DNA of 56,583 nt from a virus (lineage: Duplodnaviria; Caudoviricetes). Positions 1 through 8,895 of this stretch are shown one piece after another. Both the position numbers and the translations under genes were made by a program. Position 1 is the stretch's first letter, and each line of letters begins with the position of its first letter. The notes below the pieces were generated by a model, which saw only the letters and a program-made list of their open reading frames with translations, was not told where the DNA came from and did not search any database. Location: the IMG/VR virus record IMGVR_UViG_3300036785_000557, positions 1 through 56,583 of that record, one strand, 5' to 3'.

Positions 1-127
1 GATGGACAATGGCATGAGCGCGAGGGTACGTGCCGCGCTGAAGAAAGGATTTTTTGATGGGCTATCCGAGGAGGGATGACCATGAAATTGCAAACGGCAC
101 GGATATTCCGCCGTAATCTGCGTCTGC
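1..127 (+). repeat. Terminal direct repeat, copy 1 (assembly circularisation overlap)
   Basis: Identical to 56457-56583; 127 nt is a common assembler k-mer length. Confidence 0.95.
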
Positions 128-228
128 TCATGCACCGCGCCATGGTGCTGACGTTGGGGGTGGCGGGGCTTATTCTATTTGCCGCCCTGGTGCTGGAGGC
201 ATGGCACGCGATACAGGTAGGCCAATGA
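82..228 (+). CDS. Small membrane protein (48 aa, MKLQTARIFRRNLRLLMHRAMVLTLGVAGLILFAALVLEAWHAIQVGQ)
   Basis: GAGGAGG SD upstream; one hydrophobic segment; stop overlaps the next ATG (ATGA). Confidence 0.65.
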   Translation: MKLQTARIFRRNLRLLMHRAMVLTLGVAGLILFAALVLEAWHAIQVGQ

Positions 229-428
229 GGCAGTGGCGTGACGGCGAATTATACCGGCTGGAAGTGGACCGCGTGCGGGTCCGCATCATGCGTTTTATTG
301 ATACCCACTGGATTCACCTGGAGCACCCCGATGACGACACGGTGCGCAATGACTTGCAGCGATTGCTGAAGCTGGAGATCCGGCGCTTCGATCATGCCAT
401 GTCGGTCTGGTTTCGGTCTTACAGATAG
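225..428 (+). CDS. Hypothetical protein
   Basis: ATGA coupling to the upstream ORF. Confidence 0.5.
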   Translation: MRQWRDGELYRLEVDRVRVRIMRFIDTHWIHLEHPDDDTVRNDLQRLLKLEIRRFDHAMSVWFRSYR

Positions 429-431
429 ATT

Positions 432-710
432 TTGAGGATATTTTCAGTGGCTAAAGAATTTTTGACGGTAAACGAATATCTGGACATCATCGGCTGGACC
501 AAGCCAGCGCTTTCCGAGCGCCTAGATGTTGGCTTGCGCATTATCCTGCGCTGGGCAAATGGCCAGAATGATACCCCTGTGGTGGTGCTGGAATGGCTGG
601 ACACGCTGGCAACGGTGCATCTGGCCAATAAGAAGCCCGTGGGCTGGGGTGGGCTGCGTTTAGCCCCTGCACCCGACAATTTTGCTGGAGGGGCATACAG
701 CCGTGGCTGA
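432..710 (+). CDS. XRE-like HTH protein
   Basis: IIGWTKPALSERLDVGLRIILRWANG HTH pattern; true start may be slightly downstream. Confidence 0.6.
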   Translation: MRIFSVAKEFLTVNEYLDIIGWTKPALSERLDVGLRIILRWANGQNDTPVVVLEWLDTLATVHLANKKPVGWGGLRLAPAPDNFAGGAYSRG

Positions 711-966
711 CGTGCCAGAGCGCATACGTTTTGAGGACTTGGTGTTTGCGGACGAACATGGCGTGCTGTTGCCGACCATACGGCCGGTGATGGTCAGGCG
801 GTCACCCTACGGGGTGTTGCATTTTCAGATAGACAAGGTGGGCAACGGGCAGGATCTTTGGATTACGGTTCGCGCGCCGGGACAGCTTGTTTTGGGAGCT
901 GGCCTGAATCAGCCATGGGAGAAGCTGCATCCGTTGCTTGGATCAATTTTAAAGGACAAATTATGA
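703..966 (+). CDS. Hypothetical protein
   Basis: GGAGGGG SD with GTG start; overlaps both neighbours. Confidence 0.5.
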   Translation: MADVPERIRFEDLVFADEHGVLLPTIRPVMVRRSPYGVLHFQIDKVGNGQDLWITVRAPGQLVLGAGLNQPWEKLHPLLGSILKDKL

Positions 967-1181
967 GCGGACAAACTGACAACGTGATGTTGAAATCTAT
1001 TTTGGAAATTGAAAAATTGCACGCTGAAACTGTGAAATTGCAGGCCGAGACGGTGCGTATTAACCAGGAGATTAAGGCGCATCCTTGGTTGCCGGTTGTG
1101 CTGGTATTTTTGCCAGCCATACTTGGCAGTGCGGGCATCGGCGGCGGGATTGTCGCACTATTCATCGCGTATCACAAATAA
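963..1181 (+). CDS. Coiled-coil plus C-terminal TM small protein (paralog of 53441-53626)
   Basis: EIEKLHAETVKLQAET heptads, PWLP motif, hydrophobic tail ending YHK. Confidence 0.7.
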   Translation: MSGQTDNVMLKSILEIEKLHAETVKLQAETVRINQEIKAHPWLPVVLVFLPAILGSAGIGGGIVALFIAYHK

Positions 1182-1182
1182 C

Positions 1183-1383
1183 ATGGCACTTGGTCCTGGA
1201 AAATATGACCATCTGGCAACGCATGTGCGCGAGCAAGCAAAAGCGCGGGGTGTGATCTTGCTTGTTGTTGATGGTGAACACGGGATGGGCTTTTCAGTCC
1301 AAACCGATCTTGAAGTGCTGGTGGAGCTGCCCGGAATCTTACGGCGGCTTGCTGATAAAATCGAATCAGACATCGGAGGTTAG
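1183..1383 (+). CDS. Hypothetical phage protein (MALGPGKYD...)
   Basis: Last gene of the plus-strand early cluster; converges on rep. Confidence 0.6.
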   Translation: MALGPGKYDHLATHVREQAKARGVILLVVDGEHGMGFSVQTDLEVLVELPGILRRLADKIESDIGG

Positions 1384-1388
1384 GCTGG

Positions 1389-2522
1389 TCATAGCCAATT
1401 GGCCTTCAGGGCGGGGGTGAAATAGGCCAGCCCGCCCGGCGTTTTATAACCCGGCTTGGCGCAGATCCGGCGCAATTCCGGCAAGAGATATTCCTTCCAC
1501 GGCTGGCCTTTTTCATCGCACAGCCCCGCCCGCGCCCACTCTACCAGCACATTCCAATCGCCCCGAGGCTCATTCGGATCTAGCCCGGTGATTTCGCAAA
1601 TATCCAACGCAAAGCGGTCTAAAAAGCTGCCATTCACTTCGGGGTGCATCGAGCCGTCTTCGGCCGCGCTCATCTTTTCGGCCAGCGGTTGCCATGCCTC
1701 TGGCGGCGCGCTGGCGGCAATCTTGAAGCCCCGGCCGTTGACGTGCCCCTGCGTGATTTCGGCTGAGGAGAGGCCGGGCAATAATTCATCGAGCCAGCGC
1801 TTGTGCTTCAGCCAGCGTTCGGGATCTGGAATGTATTCTACGAGCGTGGTTTTGGTGAGAAGGCCCACAGCGACCATGATGTCCTCGTGGGAGATCTCTT
1901 TGAGCGCGCCGGGGTAGAGTTTTGAGGCTGCATCCTTGCCGATTTTGCGCATCGCGCCGTTCTCTGTCCGGCGAGCTGGATACGCTGCCCAAAATTCTTC
2001 AAAGCGCTCATCGCGCGAAGAATCACTGTTACTATTCTTTGTATATTCTTTACTATTAGGGTGCAATTGACTGCGTTTTTTTGTCGTCAGTTGCACCCCC
2101 CCTGTTGCAGATTGCACCCTCCCCCCCGGTTTCGGTGTCGTCAATTGCACCCCCTTTTCGTCATCTTGTGCAGTCAATTGCACCCCTACAGGCAATTCAC
2201 CGCTTGCCATTTCAGCCTCCCGTTCTTCACCTGGGGCCTGTTCAAGATCCTCTTTGTTGACGCTGGGCATGTGCAAATAATACCTGGAGGTCATCATGCG
2301 GCGCGGCTGGATGGCAATAATTTCCCGCTTTTCCAGCTCTTTCAAAACGGCCTGGACGGTACGCCGGGTAAGCCCCGTGTCTTCAGCAATCCGGTCTAGC
2401 GATGGCCAGCATCGGGCAACCGAATCGCAGCGATGGGCTAAATTGGCGAGAATGGCTTTTTCCGAGCCGGAGAGTTTTTCGAGCGAATAAGCCCATTCGA
2501 CACATTGCCAGCTCATTGCCAA
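1389..2522 (-). CDS. Phage replication initiator (N-terminal HTH, lambda O-like role)
   Basis: KAILANLAHRCD..CWPSLDRIAEDTGLTRRTVQ HTH; FEEFWAAYP and PERWL..KRWLDE motifs; internal iterons; adjacent DnaB. Confidence 0.85.
   Translation of the reverse strand: MAMSWQCVEWAYSLEKLSGSEKAILANLAHRCDSVARCWPSLDRIAEDTGLTRRTVQAVLKELEKREIIAIQPRRMMTSRYYLHMPSVNKEDLEQAPGEEREAEMASGELPVGVQLTAQDDEKGVQLTTPKPGGRVQSATGGVQLTTKKRSQLHPNSKEYTKNSNSDSSRDERFEEFWAAYPARRTENGAMRKIGKDAASKLYPGALKEISHEDIMVAVGLLTKTTLVEYIPDPERWLKHKRWLDELLPGLSSAEITQGHVNGRGFKIAASAPPEAWQPLAEKMSAAEDGSMHPEVNGSFLDRFALDICEITGLDPNEPRGDWNVLVEWARAGLCDEKGQPWKEYLLPELRRICAKPGYKTPGGLAYFTPALKANWL
2020..2186. repeat. Origin of replication: iterons GTCAATTGCACCCC plus adjacent AT-rich tract
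   Basis: Direct copies at about 2086, 2107, 2140 and 2173 (spacing 21/33/33); inverted copy at 2059-2074; AT-rich 2020-2058; lambda-like position inside the initiator gene. Confidence 0.8.
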
Positions 2523-3985
2523 AATCCTTCCTGTGGATTGTCCTGGTGTGTGATTTCATGGAAGCTTGTGGTGGGGCCATTGAAGGCCAGATATTCGGTG
2601 CCGGGCTCATCATCGCGCACCTTGGCAAAGATGATTTCCGCCTTGCCCGCCGCCTGTTTACGAAGCTCTTGCCATTGGCTGGCCTTGTTGGCGTTATATT
2701 CGGCCGGCCGATTTGGCGTGGCCGGTGGCGGCACATTTCCGAGGTAATATTCCTCACGGTAAATAAACATGACCGCTTCCGCGTCCTGCTCAATTTCGCC
2801 GGATTGTCGCAGATCCTCCATCGTGGGCCGCTTATCCTCGCGTGCCTCAATGCGTTTGAGCTGGGCCAGCGCCAGAATCGGGATGCCCATATCCTTCGCC
2901 AGCCGCTTCAAGCCATTTGAGACCTGCCCGACGCCCCATGTCGGCCCCATACGGGTGGTGGCCACGTCCTGCCCGACAATGTGCAGATGATCCACGATCA
3001 GGAGCCCCAGCCCGTGCTTGCGCATGGCGGTGCGGGCCTTCAGGGCGATTTGCTGGATGTTGACGCCGCTCTGGTCATCTATCGTCATGGGCAGGTTGAG
3101 AAGCCGCGTGCGGGCTTCCAGGATGCGCTGTGCCTGGGCTTCATTCCACGCCCCTTGGCGGATGACTTTCTGCGGCAAACCCGCCAGCCATGCCAGCGCG
3201 CGCCGCCCGAGCTGCGGGGCCTGCATCTCCAAGCTGACAAGACACACACCAACGCCGGTTTCTGCCACGTTGATGCCGATTTCCAGCCCGAGGGCAGTTT
3301 TACCCATGCCCGGCCGGGCCGCCAGAATATACACTGCCCCGCCTTCCAGCCCGCCGAGACGCCGATCCATGGATTTGAATCCGGTGTTGATGGACAGGGA
3401 ATTCCCGGCCGCCGTGCGTTCGCCGGCTGTGACGGCTTTATCCACCGCATCGAGGAGGCTCATAGGTTTGGAGCTGGTGGGCAATAATGTGCGCTCAAGA
3501 TCCTTGATCCCCTTCAGCACCAGCTCACGCGGCGCTGTGTCGGTGGTTTGCGCCTTGATTGCCATCTCCGCCGCCGCGTCAATCACCGACCGGCGGACCC
3601 ACATTTCATAAATGACCGAGGCGTAATCACGGGCGTTTGAAACCCCGACCATGGCCCCGAGGAGCTGCGCCAGATACGGCGGGCCGCCGACTTCAGCCAG
3701 TTTGCCATTCAGCTCGAATTCACTGCGCAGCGTCACCGCATCAGCGGTTTGCCCCAGCACGCAGCGGCGTTGAATGGCGGCGTAAATCGCGCCATGCACG
3801 GGATCTGCAAAATGTTCGGGAGCAAGAAAATCGCCTACGCGGTCATAGGCTTTGTTATTGGCGAGCAGGGTTCCGAGGAGTGCCTGTTCGGCGTGGGTGT
3901 TTGATGGTGGGGGGCCGTCATTTGCGGCGGCCGGTGGTGAAATATCATCATCAAATAGCGGCGGTAAGCGTGAAGTATTCGCCAT
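2513..3985 (-). CDS. dnaB: Replicative DNA helicase DnaB-like
   Basis: AEQALLGTLL N-domain, Walker A AARPGMGKT, SLEM, IVDHLH, LAQL, DLRQSGEIEQDA; start taken at MANTSRL. Confidence 0.95.
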   Translation of the reverse strand: MANTSRLPPLFDDDISPPAAANDGPPPSNTHAEQALLGTLLANNKAYDRVGDFLAPEHFADPVHGAIYAAIQRRCVLGQTADAVTLRSEFELNGKLAEVGGPPYLAQLLGAMVGVSNARDYASVIYEMWVRRSVIDAAAEMAIKAQTTDTAPRELVLKGIKDLERTLLPTSSKPMSLLDAVDKAVTAGERTAAGNSLSINTGFKSMDRRLGGLEGGAVYILAARPGMGKTALGLEIGINVAETGVGVCLVSLEMQAPQLGRRALAWLAGLPQKVIRQGAWNEAQAQRILEARTRLLNLPMTIDDQSGVNIQQIALKARTAMRKHGLGLLIVDHLHIVGQDVATTRMGPTWGVGQVSNGLKRLAKDMGIPILALAQLKRIEAREDKRPTMEDLRQSGEIEQDAEAVMFIYREEYYLGNVPPPATPNRPAEYNANKASQWQELRKQAAGKAEIIFAKVRDDEPGTEYLAFNGPTTSFHEITHQDNPQEGFWQ

Positions 3986-4003
3986 AACATCACACCTGAA
4001 CGG

Positions 4004-4032
4004 TTGACGGTACGGACTGATTTCGATAACGG
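4004..4032 (+). promoter_or_regulatory. Sigma70-like promoter antisense to the dnaB leader
   Basis: TTGACG-17 nt-TAACGG. Confidence 0.55.
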
Positions 4033-4038
4033 TGAGAT

Positions 4039-4125
4039 AAAGAAATTTAAAATTTCTCACCATTGTTCGGGTCTCGTCCGACCGATGGTTAAGCCCCAGT
4101 GTTAGAAGCGCTGGGGCTTTTTCTT
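4039..4125 (+). ncRNA. Putative counter-transcribed (OOP/ctRNA-like) RNA
   Basis: Promoter upstream and a plus-strand intrinsic terminator, although both flanking genes are on the minus strand. Confidence 0.5.
4091..4125 (+). terminator. Intrinsic terminator
   Basis: AAGCCCCAGTG...CGCTGGGGCTT stem followed by TTTCTT. Confidence 0.7.
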
Positions 4126-4134
4126 ATGCCTGTT

Positions 4135-4587
4135 TTACGCGGACGACAAGCGATGATGTGACTCGCTCGCCGGCCGGTAACAGAGTTCACAATGCTCTTT
4201 GCACATGGATTTCCCCGGTTCGCTGGGCACATCACAATATATGGTGGTTGGTCTTAGTTCCAGTACATAGCTGCATGGTTCAATAGATGTGCGGCGTATG
4301 GTTGGTGCCGATAAATCAGCATTGCGCATGATACGAATTCTCTCCTGTTCTTCGGCCCGTGCATCGCGCAACAAAGCAGATTGTCGTTTTGTGATCCGCT
4401 TGCCGATGTAATCACCGGACGTAACCAAGCGGCGTTGGCGTAGATGCATCCGTTCCACTTTGCCGGAAACAGCATATTTTGTGATGCCAAGCCGTGAACC
4501 GATTTTGACGTAAGTGTCGCCTTTGGCCAAGCCGCGCATTAAAATCTCTACTTTGTCATCTGTCCATTGAAATTTTTCCTCACGCAT
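4135..4587 (-). CDS. gcrA: GcrA-like cell-cycle regulator
   Basis: WTDDKVEIL...IGSRLGITKYAVSGKVERMHL N-terminal HTH; C-terminal C..YC...S.C.EH...Y; GGAGGAG SD. Confidence 0.8.
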   Translation of the reverse strand: MREEKFQWTDDKVEILMRGLAKGDTYVKIGSRLGITKYAVSGKVERMHLRQRRLVTSGDYIGKRITKRQSALLRDARAEEQERIRIMRNADLSAPTIRRTSIEPCSYVLELRPTTIYCDVPSEPGKSMCKEHCELCYRPASESHHRLSSA

Positions 4588-4600
4588 TATCTCCTCCACC

Positions 4601-5380
4601 TTATTTTCGGACAGCTAGTTTGGTTTCCAGCACCCATTCCACCCCATCGACTACGGCGCTTGGCACGCCGGTTTTCTTGTTTTTGGAGACATCCATAACC
4701 GCCTTCAACACTTCCAGATTCGGCATCATGTACTCGCGCGGGATTTTCTTCGGGTCCACGATCTTCACCACCCATTTCCCGCGCAGGCTGGACATGCCCC
4801 CCAGATCCCCGCGCACCTGACTTTGCTGCCCGACCGGCGCTGCCGCTTCGGCCGCCGCGTCCATGGCGTCCTGCTCGGCCTGGAGTGCGAGCATAGGGTC
4901 GCTCGCCCGGCCCGCCAGCGCGATCTCTGCCTCGCGCGCCGCCCGCGCCGCCGCCGCCTGGGCCGCTTCCTGGGCTTGCCGGAGCTTGACCTTGGCGTAG
5001 GCATCCATCGGCCTCAGAAGATCGTCTATGGCCGCCCGGATCGGCCCGGCCAGCTCGGCATTCAGCACGGCATCGACAATCCGGCCGCCATGCAAGAATG
5101 GTTCTTTGGCGAGGGTATGCACACTGGCCGGCTTGCCATGGTAGGCTTCCAGCACGGTTTTGAGCTGCGCCACCTGTTCGGTGGCCGCGCCCTGATCCTC
5201 ATCATCTGCGATGCCGTGCGGGTGTGTGGCCTTCCAGTTCTCGGCCGCCGCCACCAGCGCCGCCTGTTCGGTAAACAGATGGGCATATGTGTCGCGCAAC
5301 CGCGCGGCTAGGGTCTCAAGATCAATGATTTCCTTGGGATCAAACGGTTGAAGGTTGTGCCCCTTGGCTGGCTCAGACAT
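4601..5380 (-). CDS. Conserved phage coiled-coil protein (Gp157/Gam-like, recombination-associated)
   Basis: AKEPFLHGGRIVDA, IVDPKKIPREYMMPN and VDGVEW motifs. Confidence 0.5.
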   Translation of the reverse strand: MSEPAKGHNLQPFDPKEIIDLETLAARLRDTYAHLFTEQAALVAAAENWKATHPHGIADDEDQGAATEQVAQLKTVLEAYHGKPASVHTLAKEPFLHGGRIVDAVLNAELAGPIRAAIDDLLRPMDAYAKVKLRQAQEAAQAAAARAAREAEIALAGRASDPMLALQAEQDAMDAAAEAAAPVGQQSQVRGDLGGMSSLRGKWVVKIVDPKKIPREYMMPNLEVLKAVMDVSKNKKTGVPSAVVDGVEWVLETKLAVRK

Positions 5381-5388
5381 GACACACC

Positions 5389-5709
5389 TCAGTAATGAAA
5401 TTCTGGTTCGGTTTCAGGTTCCTGGATGCCACAGGCTCCGCCCGGTACATGCATTCCGGGTTCGGGCTGTTGCTCCGCTCTACCCTCCTCCTGGGTTCTC
5501 ATCCGGGCTTCAGCATCAAAAACCGCCTGTTCGAGCTGCCAGACAATATCCTCACTCATCGGCATTATCATACCGCCTCGCCCGGCATCGACGATCCGGC
5601 CGACAAGTTGGAATGCCTCATCTCTGGCGCGCAGCACTTCATTCTCACGGCGCAGCACGCGGATCTCATCGGCGGCGCGGCGCAGGTAATGCTTCACGAG
5701 GTCTTCCAT
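5389..5709 (-). CDS. Hypothetical protein
   Basis: AGGAG SD; packed in the operon. Confidence 0.6.
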   Translation of the reverse strand: MEDLVKHYLRRAADEIRVLRRENEVLRARDEAFQLVGRIVDAGRGGMIMPMSEDIVWQLEQAVFDAEARMRTQEEGRAEQQPEPGMHVPGGACGIQEPETEPEFHY

Positions 5710-5718
5710 GGAATTCTC

Positions 5719-6072
5719 CTAAACAAAGATTAGAGGGGGTACGGGAATCTCGCCCTGATGCGGACGCCATAAATGAAGGCAGTGGGGGTGAATGTTGATG
5801 TGATCGGTAGGCGGTACGTGAAGCTGCATGGCGGTTTCATCGTCTTTGAAAAATAGCCGCTTCACGAAGTCCATTTCCGCCCATGTCGGCGTGCGGTTTA
5901 CAAGTGATACCGAGACGTGATCCCAGCCGTCGCCGTTGCTCGCAATGACCCGTAAATCTTTGCCGCTGGGCAGGTAACGGATAAGGAATGTGCCACCAAA
6001 AGCATAGCCGAGACCACCAAAACGCGTTTCCCCCTTAAACCTGTATTGATCCAGGATTCGTAGATCTCTCAT
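5719..6072 (-). CDS. Conserved phage His-rich protein of unknown function
   Basis: GWDHVSVS..RTPTWAEM..VK..FF...HINIHPHCLHLWRP, a motif I recognise from many phages. Confidence 0.75.
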   Translation of the reverse strand: MRDLRILDQYRFKGETRFGGLGYAFGGTFLIRYLPSGKDLRVIASNGDGWDHVSVSLVNRTPTWAEMDFVKRLFFKDDETAMQLHVPPTDHINIHPHCLHLWRPHQGEIPVPPLIFV

Positions 6073-6367
6073 GCTTTTCCCTTGCTATTTCCCTGCGGAT
6101 TTCAACCTCAACCGCCAGCACTGTGCTGAATTCCGGTTCATTGTCAAAGGGACGCTCGGCCAGGGTGGCAGCAATGTCGGCCGCCACATGCAATCCGCGC
6201 AAATAAGCCGCATCGGCCTTTTCCTTGGCGTACTCCATCACCGCCAGCCCGATGGCTTCCAGCCGCTTATCCGGCGGGGCCGAGATGCTTATGCGCGAGA
6301 TCCGGTCTCCCAGAATTTCCACCGGCCCAACCGGCAATTTGAGGCCGCCCATTACCCGAGTAACCAT
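6035..6367 (-). CDS. Hypothetical protein
   Basis: Overlaps both neighbours in the operon. Confidence 0.5.
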   Translation of the reverse strand: MVTRVMGGLKLPVGPVEILGDRISRISISAPPDKRLEAIGLAVMEYAKEKADAAYLRGLHVAADIAATLAERPFDNEPEFSTVLAVEVEIRREIAREKHERSTNPGSIQV

Positions 6368-6564
6368 TCATCATCGGTGGGGATGCCACAGGCTATGTCG
6401 ATTTCCGCCTGGACGGCCAGCTCCGCCATGCTTGGCTCATGCTCCACACGCGGCGCGCGTGGCATGGCTTCAGCCTCACCATGATGTTTGGCAATGGCGT
6501 GCATCGAAAAATTACTGAAAGTCGCAAAGCGTTTTCCGCACTTGCTACACCGGAGCCGTTTCAT
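6352..6564 (-). CDS. C2H2-type zinc-finger small protein
   Basis: CSKCGKRF...MHAIAKH. Confidence 0.6.
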   Translation of the reverse strand: MKRLRCSKCGKRFATFSNFSMHAIAKHHGEAEAMPRAPRVEHEPSMAELAVQAEIDIACGIPTDDEWLLG

Positions 6565-6827
6565 GGCCGATGCCCCAACTCGATGATACTTATCTCACTG
6601 ACATTCGCCACGCAGTTCTCAGTCATCTTATCCAAAACTTCGACCATATATGCTTTGTGATCCTCGCCAACGGCCATTATTGATACGGTTAGCACGACGA
6701 TGGTAAGTGTTAATTCCATAGCAACCAGCGCGTCTGACGAATCGAACCCAAGCTCTTGGGTGCAATTCAGGAATTCACGGGCGGTTTTGCACGCCAGACT
6801 GTGTATGGCTTCATGCTGCGTCATCAC
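6561..6827 (-). CDS. Hypothetical protein
   Basis: GAGGTG SD; ATGA coupling. Confidence 0.55.
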   Translation of the reverse strand: MMTQHEAIHSLACKTAREFLNCTQELGFDSSDALVAMELTLTIVVLTVSIMAVGEDHKAYMVEVLDKMTENCVANVSEISIIELGHRP

Positions 6828-6828
6828 C

Positions 6829-7176
6829 TCACCCCCCTATGGGTTTCATTAGCCGGCGGTTCACTTTTTCCTTTGGCCGCGCGCGTGGATCTAGCGGGTC
6901 ATTCTCGCGGTAATGGGCGTATCGCGCGAGCAGGTAATCATATTCGTCTTTTCTGATTTTTCGGCCCCAGAGCCAGATGTTTTGTAATTTGTCCGGGAAC
7001 GTCTTGTTGTCATCTACCTCACCATCCCTGACAGGTTCGCCATTGATGATACCACTGAAATTTCCGTCATCATCCTGGATGATCTGGGCGGCACTTTCTA
7101 CGGCACCACGCGTCAGTCTTAAAGCGTAAAACCCTGGCACCGGACTATCGGACTCGGTGCGGGGCCGGGGCATCAC
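6829..7176 (-). CDS. Conserved phage hypothetical protein
   Basis: PVPGFYALRLTRG...EYDYLL...DPRARP. Confidence 0.65.
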   Translation of the reverse strand: MMPRPRTESDSPVPGFYALRLTRGAVESAAQIIQDDDGNFSGIINGEPVRDGEVDDNKTFPDKLQNIWLWGRKIRKDEYDYLLARYAHYRENDPLDPRARPKEKVNRRLMKPIGG

Positions 7177-7352
7177 AACAACTCTGGCTGGTCAGACAAA
7201 AGCCTGCGGCAAATGGCATCGACTTCACGCTCTTGCTCTTTGCAATCGGCAAGTGTGCCGCGTGACCGGGTGTGAAAATATAGCTGCTGACTGATCCTCA
7301 GTGCCCTTACGATTTTGGCAAAATCCAACAATGTCATCTCATGCTCACTCAT
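7173..7352 (-). CDS. Small hypothetical protein
   Basis: R..QQLYFHTRS..TLADCKEQEREVD; first gene of the leftward operon. Confidence 0.6.
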   Translation of the reverse strand: MSEHEMTLLDFAKIVRALRISQQLYFHTRSRGTLADCKEQEREVDAICRRLLSDQPELL

Positions 7353-7415
7353 TGTGTATGCCGCCGCGTTAATATGGGAGCAATGATAAAAGCCGACCAC
7401 CAAGGCGCTACGCAT

Positions 7416-7656
7416 TTCCGCGTGCCTTTCACATGTCGATTGAACATCAAGTCATTATCCATTGAAAAATCTACAAAAGTCGATTTGACAATGTAAAGCC
7501 ATACGCGTGACTGTTACAGCTAATCCGGCACTTTATGCTATTAAATTTGCGGGCGCATGTAGCGGCAGAATTTCAAAATTGTAAAGCATTATTTTGACGT
7601 TCGTTTGACGTTATTTTGCTGTTGATTCGGCACGCTCTTAGGCATAGGCGATTCCG
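7416..7656. promoter_or_regulatory. Divergent AT-rich promoter region
   Basis: Strand switch; TTGACA/TTGACG hexamers; TGTAAAGC occurs twice. Confidence 0.55.
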
Positions 7657-7854
7657 ATGCAACTCCATGATTGGGTGAAAACTGACGAACGGAGCCAAGA
7701 TGAGATGGCCGCGTTTGTTGGCGTGCATTACACGACTTTTTCACGCTGGGTGCATGGCAAAAGTATTCCCTCAAAGCGCCATGCGCGTAAGCTCCGCGAG
7801 CTGACACACAACAAGGTCACCCTGATAGATTTTCACCAGACACACAGCGCGTGA
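7657..7854 (+). CDS. Cro-like XRE HTH regulator
   Basis: SQDEMAAFVGVHYTTFSRWVHGKSIP; first gene after the divergent region. Confidence 0.8.
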   Translation: MQLHDWVKTDERSQDEMAAFVGVHYTTFSRWVHGKSIPSKRHARKLRELTHNKVTLIDFHQTHSA

Positions 7855-7879
7855 CCGACTCTCGTAAAGGAACGAGTCA

Positions 7880-8467
7880 ATGCCTGAAGACTTTCAATCT
7901 AGTAATGTGACGGATGCGACGATCCGGGACTTCTATAAAAAAGCCGTTTCCGCCAAACAAGAGATGGAGCAAATTTCCGAGGCGCTGAAGTCCGCCACCG
8001 GGCGGTATCGTGTCATTCTGAAAGGCGCAAAAGCGGCCGGCATAGATCCAGACGACATCGTGTACGCGGTAAAGGTCCGGCACATGGATCGCGGCGATTT
8101 GGTCCGCCAGGAGCGCGGTAAAGCCCGCGTAATGCGTATCACCGGCCTGTGGCCAAAGATCCAAACCGAGCTGTTCTCCACCGACGCACCGACCACGGGC
8201 GCGCGCGAGGATGACACTATCGAGGTGGCTTACGATAATGGCCACCGCTGCGGCGTGACCGGCGAGCAGCGCGCGATCAACCCTTATTCCCCTGGCAGCG
8301 AGCAGTGGGCGGAATTTGATCGCGGGTGGTCCGTAGGCCAGGAAAAATTCACGCCTGCCAAGGGCGCCAAGGCCAAGGGCGTGAAGAAGGGTAAGGCCAA
8401 TCTGAAGCTGGTGGCCGATCCCACTGATATGCCCACTGACAGCGCGGTGGAACCGCTGTTCTCATGA
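7880..8467 (+). CDS. GapR-like DNA-binding domain fused to an RMF-like C-terminal motif
   Basis: Helical N-domain with AKAAGIDP..I...VKVRHMD; AYDNG..G.....NPY.......F.RGW. Confidence 0.55.
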   Translation: MPEDFQSSNVTDATIRDFYKKAVSAKQEMEQISEALKSATGRYRVILKGAKAAGIDPDDIVYAVKVRHMDRGDLVRQERGKARVMRITGLWPKIQTELFSTDAPTTGAREDDTIEVAYDNGHRCGVTGEQRAINPYSPGSEQWAEFDRGWSVGQEKFTPAKGAKAKGVKKGKANLKLVADPTDMPTDSAVEPLFS

Positions 8468-8895
8468 AATTCACCTATTCAGAATCGGTCGCCATGGAGA
8501 CCTATGCGTGCTGCAATTGCGGCATGTTATTCTCCATGACGGCTGATTTTGTGCAGCGGCGGCGGCAGAATCACGACAGCTTTTACTGCCCGCAAGGTCA
8601 TGGCCAGGTCTTTTCCGGTGACAGCGAAAAAGAGAAGCTTCAGCGTGAGGTAAACCGGCTGAAACAGGACGCCGCCCGACTGGAAGATCTGACGATAGCG
8701 GCGCAGCGGCGGGCAAATACTGCGGAGGAGGAAGCGCGCCGCGCCCGCAAAGAAAAAGCCCGCATCGAGAAGCGTATCCACGCTGGCATATGTCCGGATT
8801 GCAATCGCAGTTTCGTCAATGTTGCGCGTCACATGACCACAAAACACGGCCTGAAATGCGATGAGCCACCTAAGCTAGCGTTGGTGAAGTCATGA
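8464..8895 (+). CDS. Zinc-finger/coiled-coil phage protein
   Basis: CCNCG, FYCPQGH, coiled coil, GICPDCNRSF..VARHM..KH. Confidence 0.7.
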   Translation: MKFTYSESVAMETYACCNCGMLFSMTADFVQRRRQNHDSFYCPQGHGQVFSGDSEKEKLQREVNRLKQDAARLEDLTIAAQRRANTAEEEARRARKEKARIEKRIHAGICPDCNRSFVNVARHMTTKHGLKCDEPPKLALVKS

